A stretch of DNA of 64,000 nt. Origin: Squalus acanthias. Lineage: Eukaryota. A program made the position numbers and the translations under genes. How positions within the stretch are numbered: position 1 is the stretch's first letter; every line of letters starts with the position of its first letter. Under the pieces are notes generated by a model that was not told where the DNA came from, made no database searches, and saw only the letters and a program-made list of their open reading frames with translations. Location: positions 136,340,001-136,404,000 of the forward strand of contig CM059431.1 in the NCBI GenBank assembly GCA_030390025.1, written 5' to 3'. Shown piece by piece: positions 23,046 to 34,895 of the stretch.

Positions 23046-26000
23046 TGGCCAGTGCTGGGACTAGTGTCCTGGCGAATCGAATAACTAGGGCTGTGGAGAT
23101 GGCTTTAAACTAATTAGTGGGGGGGAGGTTTCAAGAGAGCAAAAAATAAAAATGACAACAGAGAGGGTCATAGACATAGGTAGCAGTAGGGGAATCAGAA
23201 ATCAGAGCGTGGCAGGAAGGGTCAGAGTGTGTGGAGTAAAAGTTAAAGTGGTAAAAAGTGAAAAAGCAGGAACTAAGTGCCACAAAGCATATTTGAAAGT
23301 TCTCTATCTGAATGCAAGTAGCATTCGTAACAAAATAGACGAGTTAATGGCACAAATAACTACATATGGTTATGATATTGTGGCCATTACAGAAACATGG
23401 CTGCAGGGTGACAATGCCTGGGAATTAAACATACCAGTTTATTTAACGATCAGGAAGGACAGGCAGGAAGGAAGGGGAGGTGGGGTGGCTGTGTTAATAA
23501 AGGAAGGAATCACTGTAATACAGAGTAATGATATTGGGTCAAAAAATCATGATAATGAAACAGTTTGGGTGGAGATAAGGAATAATAAGGGGAAAAAAGC
23601 ACTAGTGGGCGTAGTCTATAGGCCTCCGAACATTTGCAGCTCTGTTGGACGGAGTATCAATCAGGAAATAGTTGAGGCATGTAATAAGGGAACATCTATA
23701 ATTATGGGGGATTTTAACTATCATATTAATTGGACAAATCAAATGGGGCAGGGCTGCCTTGAGGATGAGTTCATTGAGTGTATTAGGGATGGGTTTCTTG
23801 AGCAGTTTGTAACTGAACCGACCAGGGGGCAAGCAACCTTAGATCTGGTCCTGTGTAACGAGACAGGATTAATTAAAAATGTCCTAGTAAAGGATCCCCT
23901 TGGAATGAGTGACCATAACATGGTTGAATTCCATATTCAATTAGAGGGTGAGAAGGTTGGATCTCAAACAAGCGTGCTAAGCTTGAATAAAGGAGACTAT
24001 GAAGGTATGTGAGCGGAATTGAGTAGAGTGGATTGGGAAAATAGATTAAAGGGTAAGACGACACATGATCAGTGGTGTACATTCAAGGAGTTATTTTACA
24101 ACTTCCAAAAAAAATATATTCCACTGAAAAGAAAAGGGTGTAAAAGAAAGGACAGTCATCCGTGGCGAAGTAAAGAAATTAAGGATAGTATTCGACTAAA
24201 AACAAGGGCATATAAGGTAGCGAAATCTAGTGGGAGGACAGAGGATTGGGAAAACTTTAAAAGGCAGCAAAAAATAACAAAAAGATTGATTAAGAAAGGG
24301 AAGATAGATTATGAAAGTAAATTAGCAAAAAATATAAAAACAGATAGTAAGAGTTTTTATAGTTATATAAAAAGAAAAAGGGTGACTAAAGTAAATGTTG
24401 GTCCCTTAGAGGATGAGACCGGGAAATTAATGGTGGGAAATATGGAGATGGCAAAAACACTGAATGAATATTTTGTTTCAGTCTTTACAGTAGAGGACAC
24501 TAAGAATATCCCAACACTGGACAAACAGGGGGCTATAGGGGGAGAGGAGCTAAACACGATCAAAATCACTAAGGAAGTGGTACTCGGTAAAATAATGGGA
24601 CTCAAGGCGGATAAATCACCTGGACCTGATGGCTTACATCCTAGAGTCTTGAAGGAAGTGGCGGTAGGGATTGTAGATGCATTGGTAATAATTTTTCAAA
24701 ACTCCCTGGATTCTGCTAAGGTCCCGGCAGACTGGAAAACTGCTAATGTAACACCCTTATTTAAAAAGGGCAGTAGACAGAAGGCTGGTAACTATAGACC
24801 GGTTAGCCTAACATCTGTGGTAGGTAAAATTTTGGAGTCCATTATTAAGGAAACAGTAACAGGACATTTGGATAATCATAATTTAATAGGACAAAGTCAG
24901 CATGGTTTTACGAAGGGGAAGTCATGTTTGACAAATTTGCTGGAGTTCTTTGAGGAAGTAACATATAGAGTGGATAAAGGGGAACCAGTGGACGTAGTGT
25001 ATTTAGACTTCCAAAAGGCATTTGACAAGGTGCCACACAAAAGATTATTGCTTAAGGTAAAAAATCACGGGATTGGGGGTAATATTCTGGCATGGATAGA
25101 GGATTGGCTATCTAACAGAAAGCAAAGAGTTGGGATAAATGGTTCATTCTCAGACTGGCAATCAGTAACGAGTGGTGTTCCACAGGGGTCAGTGCTGGGT
25201 CCCCAACTCTTTACAACCTATATTAACGATTTGGAGGAAGGGACCAAGTGTAACATATCAAAATTTGCAGATGATACAAAGATGGGAGGGAAAGTAGTGA
25301 GTGAGGAGGACATAAAAAACCTGCAAGGGGACATAGACAGGCTAAGTAAGTGGGCAGAGATTTGGCAGATGAAATACAACACTGGAAAGTGTGAGGTGAT
25401 TCACTTTGGCAGGAAAAATCCTAGAGCAATTTATTATCTAAATGGCAAGAAACTGGAGAGTACTGAAGTGCAAAGGGATCTGGGGGTCCTGGTGCACGAA
25501 ACTCAAAAGGTTAGTATGCAGGTGCAGCAAGTGATTAAGAAGGCAAATGGAATGTTGGCTTTCATTGCTAGGGGGATAGAATATAAAAATAGGGAGGTAT
25601 TGCTTCAGTTGTACAAGGTATTGGTGAGACCGCACCTGGAATACTGCATACAGTTTTGGTGTCCTTACTTCAGGAAAGACCTCCTTGCTCTCGAGGCAGT
25701 GCAAAAAAGGTTCACTCGGTTAATCCCGGGGATGAGGGGGTGGTCATATGAGGAGAGGTTGGGTAGATTGGGACTCTACTCATTGGAGTTCAGAAGAATG
25801 TGAGGCGATCTTATTGAAACATATAAGATTGTGAAGGGGTTGGATCGGGAGGATGCGGGGAGGATGTTCCCGATGACGGGTGAGAATAGAACTAGGGGAC
25901 ATAGTCTTAGAATAAGGGGCTGCTCTTTCAAAACTGAGATGAGGAGGAACTACTTCACTCAGAGGGTGGTAGGGCCATGGAATATGCTGCCACAAAAAGC

Positions 26001-26340
26001 TGTAGAAGCTACATCATTAAATAAATTTAAAACAGAAATAGACAGTTTCCTAGAAGTAAAGGGCATTAAGGGTTACGGGGAGCGGGCAGGAATTTGGACA
26101 TGAGTCTAGGTTCGGATCAGTCATGGCCCTGTGGGTAGTGGAGCGGGCCCAGGGACCGTGTAGCCTGATTCTGCTCCTATTTCGTGTGTGCAATTCTGTT
26201 AGATGCAGGAGATGGTTCTGTGATAGATAGTAGATTGGAGGTTAGGATCAGATCAGCCATGATCTTATTGAATGGCGGAGCAGGCTCGAGGGGCCGATTG
26301 GCCTACTCCTGCTCCTATTTCTTATGTTCTTATGTTCTTA
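23046..26340 (+). mobile_element. CR1 LINE family B, 5'-truncated, copy 1
   Basis: Begins in the last codons of ORF1 (...LANRITRAVEMALN*), then ORF2, 3' UTR and a (TTCTTATG)n tail ending at 26340. Confidence 0.97.
23152..26103 (+). pseudogene. CR1-B ORF2 (APE-RT) with in-frame stops at 24010-24012 and 25801-25803
   Basis: ORF-track pieces 23152-24012, 24019-25803 and 25831-26103 share one frame; motifs ITETW, GDFN, SDH, YLDFQKAFD, FADD. Confidence 0.95.
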
Positions 26341-28699
26341 CTCCTGTAGTGGTCTGTGATGATTCGATTCCTGTAGTGGTCTGTGATGATTCTACTCCTG
26401 TAGTGGTCTGTGATGATTGTACTCCTGTAGTGGTCTGTGATGATTCTACTACTGTAGTGGTCTGTGATGATCCTACTCCTGTAGTGGTCTGTGATGATTC
26501 TACTCCTGTAGTGGTCTGTGATGACTCTACTCCTGTAGTGGTCTGTGATGATTCTACTCCAGTGGTGGTCTGTGAAAATCCTATGACTGTAGTGGTCTGT
26601 GATGATTCTACACCTGTAGTGGTCTGTGATGATTCTACTCCTGTAGTGGTCTGTGGTGATTCTACTCCTGTAGTGGTCTGTGATGATTCTACTCCTGTAG
26701 TGGTCTGTGATGATTCTACTGTAGTGGTCTGTGGTGATTCTACTCCTGTAGTGGTCTGTGATGATTCTACTCCTGTAGTGTCTGTGATGATTCTACTCCT
26801 GTAGTGGTCTGTGGTGATTCTACTCCTGTAGTGGTCTGTGATGATTCTACTCCTGTAGTGGTCTGTGATGATTCTACTGTAGTGGTCTGTGGTGATTCTA
26901 CTCCTGTAGTGGTCTGTGATGATTCTACTCCTGTAGTGGTCTGTGATGATTCTACTCCTGTAGTGGTCTGTGATGATTCTACTCCTCTAGTGGTCTGTGA
27001 TGATTCTACTCCTGTCGTGGTCTGTGATGATTCTACTCCTGTAGTGGTCTGTGATGATTCTACTCCTGTAGTGGTCGGTGATGATTCTTTTCCTGTAGTG
27101 GTTTGTGATGATTCTACTCCTGTAGTGGTCTGTGATGATTCTACTCCTGTAGTGGTCTGTGATGATTCTACTCCTGTAGTGGTCTGTGATGATTCTACTC
27201 CTGTAGTGGTCTGTGATGATTCTACACCTGTAGTGGTCTGTGATTATCCTACTCCTGTAGTTGTCTGTGATGACTTTACTCCTGTAGTGGTCTGTGCTAA
27301 TTCTACACCTGTAGTGGTCTGTGATGATTCTACTCCTGTCGTGGTCTGTGATGATCCTACACCTGTAGTGGTCTGTGATGATCGTACTCCTGCAGTGGTC
27401 TGTGATGATTCTACTCCTGTAGTGGTCTGTGAGGATCCTACTCCTGTAGTGGTCTGTGATGATTCTACTCCTGTAGTGGTCTGTGATTATTCTGCTCCTG
27501 TTGTGGTCTGTGATGATTCTACTCCTGTAGTGGTGTGTGATGATTCTACTCCTGTAGTGGTCTGTGATGATTCTACTCCTGTAGTTGTCTTTGATGATCC
27601 TATTCCTGTAGTGGTCTGTGATGATTCCACTCCTGTTGTGGTCTGTGTTGATCCTATGCCTGTAGTGGTCTGTGATGATTCTACTCCTGTAGTGGTCTGT
27701 GTTGATCCTATGCCTGTAGTGGTCTGTGATGATTCTACTGCTGTAGTGGTCTGTGATGATTCTACTCCGGTAGTGGTCTGTGATGATTCTACACCTGTAG
27801 TGGTCTGTGATCATCCTACTCCTGTAGTGGTCTCTGATGATTCTGCTCCTGTAGTGGTCTGTGATGATTCTACTCCTGTAGTGGTCTGTGATGATTCTAC
27901 TCCTGTAGTATTCTGTGATGATCCTACTCTTGTAGTGGTCTGTGATGATACTACACCTGTAGTGGTCTGTGATGATTCTACTCCTGTAGTGGTCTGTGAT
28001 GATTCTATTCCTGTAGTGGTCTGTGATGATTCTACTCCTGTAGTGGTCTGTGATGATTCTACACCTGTAGTGGTCTGTGATGATCCTACTCCTGTAGTGG
28101 TCTGTGATGATCCTACTCCTGTAGTGGTCTGTGATGATTCTACACCTGTAGTGGTCTGTGATGATTCTACTCCTGTCGTGGTCTGTGATGATTCTACTCC
28201 TGTAGTGGTCTGTGATGATTCTACTCCTGTAGTGGTGTGTGATGATTCTACTCCTGTAGTGGTCTGTGATGATTCTACTCCTGTAGTGGTCTGTGATGAT
28301 TCTACTCCTGTAGTGGTTTGTGATGATTCTGCTCCTGTAGTGGTCTGTGGTGATCCCACTTCTGTAGTGGTCTGTGATGATTCTACTCCTGTAGTGGTCT
28401 GTGATGATTCTACTCCTGTAGTGGTCTGTGATGATTCTACTCCTGTAGTGGTCTGTGATGATTCTACACCTGTAGTGGTCTGTGATGATTCTACTCCAGT
28501 ACTGGTCTTTGATGATCCTATTCCTGTAGTGGTCTGTGATGATTCTACTCCTGTAGTGGTCTGTGATGATCCTATGCCTGTCGTGGTCTGTGATGATTCT
28601 ACTCCTGTCGTGGTCTGTGATGATTCTACTCCTGTAGTGGTCTGTGATGATTCTACTGAAGTGGTCTGTGATGATCCTACTCCTGTAGTGGTCTGTGAT
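26341..28699. repeat. 27-bp satellite spacer between CR1-B copies 1 and 2
   Basis: Tandem 27-mers. Confidence 0.99.
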
Positions 28700-31600
28700 T
28701 GGCCAGTGCTGGGACTAGTGTCCTGGCGAATCGAATAACTAGGGCTGTGGAGATGGCTTTAAACTAATTAGTGGGGGGGAGGTTTCAAGAGAGCAAAAAA
28801 TAAAAATGACAACAGAGAGGGTCATAGACATAGGTAGCAGTAGGGGAATCAGAAATCAGAGCGTGGCAGGAAGGGTCAGAGTGTGTGGAGTAAAAGTTAA
28901 AGTGGTAAAAAGTGAAAAAGCAGGAACTAAGTGCCACAAAGCATATTTGAAAGTTCTCTATCTGAATGCAAGTAGCATTCGTAACAAAATAGACGAGTTA
29001 ATGGCACAAATAATTACATATGGTTATGATATTGTGGCCATTACAGAAACATGGCTGCAGGGTGACAATGCCTGGGAATTAAACATACCAGTTTATTTAA
29101 CGATCAGGAAGGACAGGCAGGAAGGAAGGGGAGGTGGGGTGGCTGTGTTAATAAAGGAAGGAATCACTGTAATACAGAGTAATGATATTGGGTCAAAAAA
29201 TCATGATAATGAAACAGTTTGGGTGGAGATAAGGAATAATAAGGGGAAAAAAGCACTAGTGGGCGTAGTCTATAGGCCTCCGAACATTTGCAGCTCTGTT
29301 GGACGGAGTATCAATCAGGAAATAGTTGAGGCATGTAATAAGGGAACATCTATAATTATGGGGGATTTTAACTATCATATTAATTGGACAAATCAAATGG
29401 GGCAGGGCTGCCTTGAGGATGAGTTCATTGAGTGTATTAGGGATGGGTTTCTTGAGCAGTTTGTAACTGAACCGACCAGGGGGCAAGCAACCTTAGATCT
29501 GGTCCTGTGTAACGAGACAGGATTAATTAAAAATGTCCTAGTAAAGGATCCCCTTGGAATGAGTGACCATAACATGGTTGAATTCCATATTCAATTAGAG
29601 GGTGAGAAGGTTGGATCTCAAACAAGCGTGCTAAGCTTGAATAAAGGAGACTATGAAGGTATGTGAGCGGAATTGAGTAGAGTGGATTGGGAAAATAGAT
29701 TAAAGGGTAAGACGACACATGATCAGTGGTGTACATTCAAGGAGTTATTTTACAACTTCCAAAAAAAATATATTCCACTGAAAAGAAAAGGGTGTAAAAG
29801 AAAGGACAGTCATCCGTGGCGAAGTAAAGAAATTAAGGATAGTATTCGACTAAAAACAAGGGCATATAAGGTAGCGAAATCTAGTGGGAGGACAGAGGAT
29901 TGGGAAAACTTTAAAAGGCAGCAAAAAATAACAAAAAGATTGATTAAGAAAGGGAAGATAGATTATGAAAGTAAATTAGCAAAAAATATAAAAACAGATA
30001 GTAAGAGTTTTTATAGTTATATAAAAAGAAAAAGGGTGGCTAAAGTAAATGTTGGTCCCTTAGAGGATGAGACCGGGAAATTAATGGTGGGAAATATGGA
30101 GATGGCAAAAACACTGAATGAATATTTTGTTTCAGTCTTTACAGTAGAGGACACTAAGAATATCCCAACACTGGACAAACAGGGGGCTATAGGGGGAGAG
30201 GAGCTAAACACGATCAAAATCACTAAGGAAGTGGTACTCGGTAAAATAATGGGACTCAAGGCGGATAAATCACCTGGACCTGATGGCTTACATCCTAGAG
30301 TCTTGAAGGAAGTGGCGGTAGGGATTGTAGATGCATTGGTAATAATTTTTCAAAACTCCCTGGATTCTGCTAAGGTCCCGGCAGACTGGAAAACTGCTAA
30401 TGTAACACCCTTATTTAAAAAGGGCAGTAGACAGAAGGCTGGTAACTATAGACCGGTTAGCCTAACATCTGTGGTAGGTAAAATTTTGGAGTCCATTATT
30501 AAGGAAACAGTAACAGGACATTTGGATAATCATAATTTAATAGGACAAAGTCAGCATGGTTTTACGAAGGGGAAGTCATGTTTGACAAATTTGCTGGAGT
30601 TCTTTGAGGAAGTAACATATAGAGTGGATAAAGGGGAACCAGTGGACGTAGTGTATTTAGACTTCCAAAAGGCATTTGACAAGGTGCCACACAAAAGATT
30701 ATTGCTTAAGGTAAAAAATCACGGGATTGGGGGTAATATTCTGGCATGGATAGAGGATTGGCTATCTAACAGAAAGCAAAGAGTTGGGATAAATGGTTCA
30801 TTCTCAGACTGGCAATCAGTAACTAGTGGTGTTCCACAGGGGTCAGTGCTGGGTCCCCAACTCTTTACAACCTATATTAACGATTTGGAGGAAGGGACCA
30901 AGTGTAACATATCAAAATTTGCAGATGATACAAAGATGGGAGGGAATGTAGTGAGTGAGGAGGACATAAAAAACCTGCAAGGGGACATAGACAGGCTAAG
31001 TAAGTGGGCAGAGATTTGGCAGATGGAATACAACACTGGAAAGTGTGAGGTGATTCACTTTGGCAGGAAAAATCCTAGAGCAATTTATTATCTAAATGGC
31101 AAGAAACTGGAGAGTACTGAAGTGCAAAGGGATCTGGGGGTCCTGGTGCACGAAACTCAAAAGGTTAGTATGCAGGTGCAGCAAGTGATTAAGAAGGCAA
31201 ATGGAATGTTGGCTTTCATTGCTAGGGGGATAGAATATAAAAATAGGGAGGTATTGCTTCAGTTGTACAAGGTATTGGTGAGACCGCACCTGGAATACTG
31301 CATACAGTTTTGGTGTCCTTACTTCAGGAAAGACCTCCTTGCTCTCGAGGCAGTGCAAAAGAGGTTCACTCGGTTAATCCCGGGGATGAGGGGGTGGTCA
31401 TATGAGGAGAGGTTGGGTAGATTGGGACTCTACTCATTGGAGTTCAGAAGAATGAGAGGCGATCTTATTGAAACATATAAGATTGTGAAGGGGTTGGATC
31501 GGGAGGATGCGGGGAGGATGTTCCCGATGACGGGTGAGAATAGAACTAGGGGACATAGTCTTAGAATAAGGGGCTGCTCTTTCAAAACTGAGATGAGGAG

Positions 31601-31994
31601 GAACTACTTCACTCAGAGGGTGGTAGGGCCATGGAATATGCTGTCACAAAAAGCTGTAGAAGCTACATCATTAAATAAATTTAAAACAGAAATAGACAGT
31701 TTCCTAGAAGTAAAGGGCATTAAGGGTTACGGGGAGCGGGCAGGAATTTGGACATGAGTCTAGGTTCGGATCAGTCATGGCCCTGTGGGTAGTGGAGCGG
31801 GCCCAGGGACCGTGTAGCCTGATTCTGCTCCTATTTCGTGTGTGCAATTCTGTTAGATGCAGGAGATGGTTCTGTGATAGATAGTAGATTGGAGGTTAGG
31901 ATCAGATCAGCCATGATCTTATTGAATGGCGGAGCAGGCTCGAGGGGCCGATTGGCCTACTCCTGCTCCTATTTCTTATGTTCTTATGTTCTTA
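28700..31994 (+). mobile_element. CR1 LINE family B, 5'-truncated, copy 2
   Basis: Same 5' junction (gtgat|tggccagtgctgg) and 3' junction as copy 1; offset 5654 bp. Confidence 0.97.
28806..31757 (+). pseudogene. CR1-B ORF2 (APE-RT) with one in-frame stop at 29664-29666
   Basis: ORFs 28806-29666 and 29673-31757 are in one frame, separated by a TGA. Confidence 0.95.
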
Positions 31995-34895
31995 CTCCTG
32001 TAGTGGTCTGTGATGATTCGATTCCTGTAGTGGTCTGTGATGATTCTACTCCTGTAGTGGTCTGTGATGATTGTACTCCTGTAGTGGTCTGTGATGATTC
32101 TACTACTGTAGTGGTCTGTGATGATCCTACTCCTGTAGTGGTCTGTGATGATTCTACTCCTGTAGTGGTCTGTGATGACTCTACTCCTGTAGTGGTCTGT
32201 GATGATTCTACTCCAGTGGTGGTCTGTGAAAATCCTATGACTGTAGTGGTCTGTGATGATTCTACACCTGTAGTGGTCTGTGTTGATTCTACTCCTGTAG
32301 TGGTCTGTGGTGATTCTACTCCTGTAGTGGTCTGTGATGATTCTACTCCTGTAGTGGTCTGTGATGATTCTACTGTAGTGGTCTGTGGTGATTCTACTCC
32401 TGTAGTGGTCTGTGATGATTCTACTCCTGTAGTGGTCTGTGATGATTCTACTGTAGTGGTCTGTGGTGATTCTACTCCTGTAGTGGTCTGTGATGATTCT
32501 ACTCCTGTAGTGGTCTGTGATGATTCTACTCCTGTAGTGGTCTGTGATGATTCTACTCCTCTAGTGGTCTGTGATGATTCTACTCCTGTCGTGGTCTGTG
32601 ATGATTCTACTCCTGTAGTGGTCTGTGATGATTCTACTCCTGTAGTGGTCGGTGATGATTCTGTTCCTGTAGTGGTTTGTGATGATTCTACTCCTGTAGT
32701 GGTCTGTGATGATTCTACACCTGTCGTGGTCTGTGATGATTCTACTCCTGCAGTGGTCTGTGATGATTCTACTCCTGTAGTGGTCTGTGATGATTCTACT
32801 CCTGTAGTGGTCTGTGATGATTCTACTCCTGCAGTGGTCTGTGATGATTCTACTCCTGTAGTGGTCTGTGATGATTCTACTCCTGTAGTGGTCTGTGATG
32901 ATTCTATTCCTGTAGTGGTCTGTGATGATTCTACTCCTGTAGTGGTCTGTGATGATCTTATTCCTGTCGTGGTCTGTGATGATTCTACTCTTGTAGTGGT
33001 CTCTGATGATTCTACTCCTGTCGTGGTCTGTGATGATCCTACTCCTGTTGTGGTCTGTGATGATTCTACTCCTGTAGTGGTCTGTGATGTTTCTACTCCT
33101 GTAGTGGTCTGTGATGATTCTACTCCTGTAGTGGTTTGTGATGATTCCAGTCCTGTAGTGGTCGGTGATGATCATACTCCTGTAGTGGTCTGTGTTGATT
33201 CTACTCCTGTAGTGGTCTGTGATGATTCTACTCCTGTACTGGTCTGTGATGATCCTACTCCTGTAGTGGTCTGTGATGATTCTACTCCTGTAGTGGTCTG
33301 TGATGATTCCAGTCCTGTAGTGGTCGGTGATGATTCTACTCCTGTAGTGGTCTGTGATGATTCTACTCCTGTAGTGATCTGTGATGATTCTACTCCTGTA
33401 GTGGTCTGTGATGATTCTACTCCTGTAGTGGTCTGTGATGATCCTACTCCTGTAGTGGTCTGTGATGATTCTACTCCTGTAGTGGTCTGTGATGATCCTA
33501 CTCCTGTAGTGGTTTGTGATGATTCTGCTCCTGTAGTGGTCTGTGATGATCCTACTCCTGTAGTGGTTTGTGATGATTCTACTCCTGTGATGGTCTGTGA
33601 TGATCCTACTCCTGTAGTGGTCTGTGATGATCCTACTCCTGTAGTGATCTGTGATGATTCTACTCCTGTAGTGCTCTGTGATGGTTGTACTCTTGTAGTG
33701 GTCTGTGATGTTTCTACTACTGTAGTGGTCTGTGATGATCCTACTCCTGTAGTGGTCTGTGATGATTCTACTCCTGTAGTGGTCTGTGATGATTCTACTC
33801 CTGTAGTGGTCTGTGATGATTCTACTCCTGTGGTGGTCTGTGATGATCCTATGCCTGTAGTGGTCTGTGATGATTCTACTCCTGCAGTGGTCTGTGATGA
33901 TTCTACTCCTGCAGTGGTCTGTGGTGATTCTACTCCTGTAGTGGTCTGTGGTGTTTCTACTCCTGTCGTGGTCTGTGATGATTCTACTGTAGTAGTCTGT
34001 GATGATTCTACTCCTGTAGTGGTCTGTGATGATTCTACTCCTGTAGTGGTCTGTGATGATTCTACTCCTGTCGTGGTCTGTGATGATTCTACTCCTGTAG
34101 TGAGTGGTCTGTGATGATTCTACTCCTGTAGTGGTCTGTGATGATTCTGTTCCTGTAGTGGTTTGTGATGATTCTACTCCTGTAGTGGTCTGTGATGATT
34201 CTATTCCTGTAGTGGTCTGTGATGATTCTACTCCTGTAGTGGTCTGTGATGATTCTACACCTGTAGTGGTCTGTGATGATCCTACTCCTGTAGTGGTCTG
34301 TGATGATCCTACTCCTGTAGTGGTCTGTGATGATTCTACACCTGTAGTGGTCTGTGATGATTCTACTCCTGTCGTGGTCTGTGATGATTCTACTCCTGTA
34401 GTGGTCTGTGATGATTCTACTCCTGTAGTGGTGTGTGATGATTCTACTCCTGTAGTGGTCTGTGATGATTCTACTCCTGTAGTGGTCTGTGATGATTCTA
34501 CTCCTGTAGTGGTTTGTGATGATTCTGCTCCTGTAGTGGTCTGTGGTGATCCCACTTCTGTAGTGGTCTGTGATGATTCTACTCCTGTAGTGGTCTGTGA
34601 TGATTCTACTCCTGTAGTGGTCTGTGATGATTCTACTCCTGTAGTGGTCTGTGATGATTCTACACCTGTAGTGGTCTGTGATGATTCTACTCCAGTACTG
34701 GTCTTTGATGATCCTATTCCTGTAGTGGTCTGTGATGATTCTACTCCTGTAGTGGTCTGTGATGATCCTATGCCTGTCGTGGTCTGTGATGATTCTACTC
34801 CTGTCGTGGTCTGTGATGATTCTACTCCTGTAGTGGTCTGTGATGATTCTACTGAAGTGGTCTGTGATGATCCTACTCCTGTAGTGGTCTGTGAT
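31995..34895. repeat. 27-bp satellite spacer between CR1-B copies 2 and 3
   Basis: Tandem 27-mers. Confidence 0.99.

Noticed and set aside
24010..24012. Shared TGA between endonuclease and RT in all three CR1-B copies as programmed read-through
   Set aside because: The copies descend from one insertion, so the stop is a single event; family A has Arg at this position.
1268..34555. Minus-strand (ESSQTTTGV)n as a mucin-like PTS exon, and (RSRIITDHY)n
   Set aside because: Both frames are repeatedly broken by stops and frameshifts, and no mucin domains or splice context are visible.
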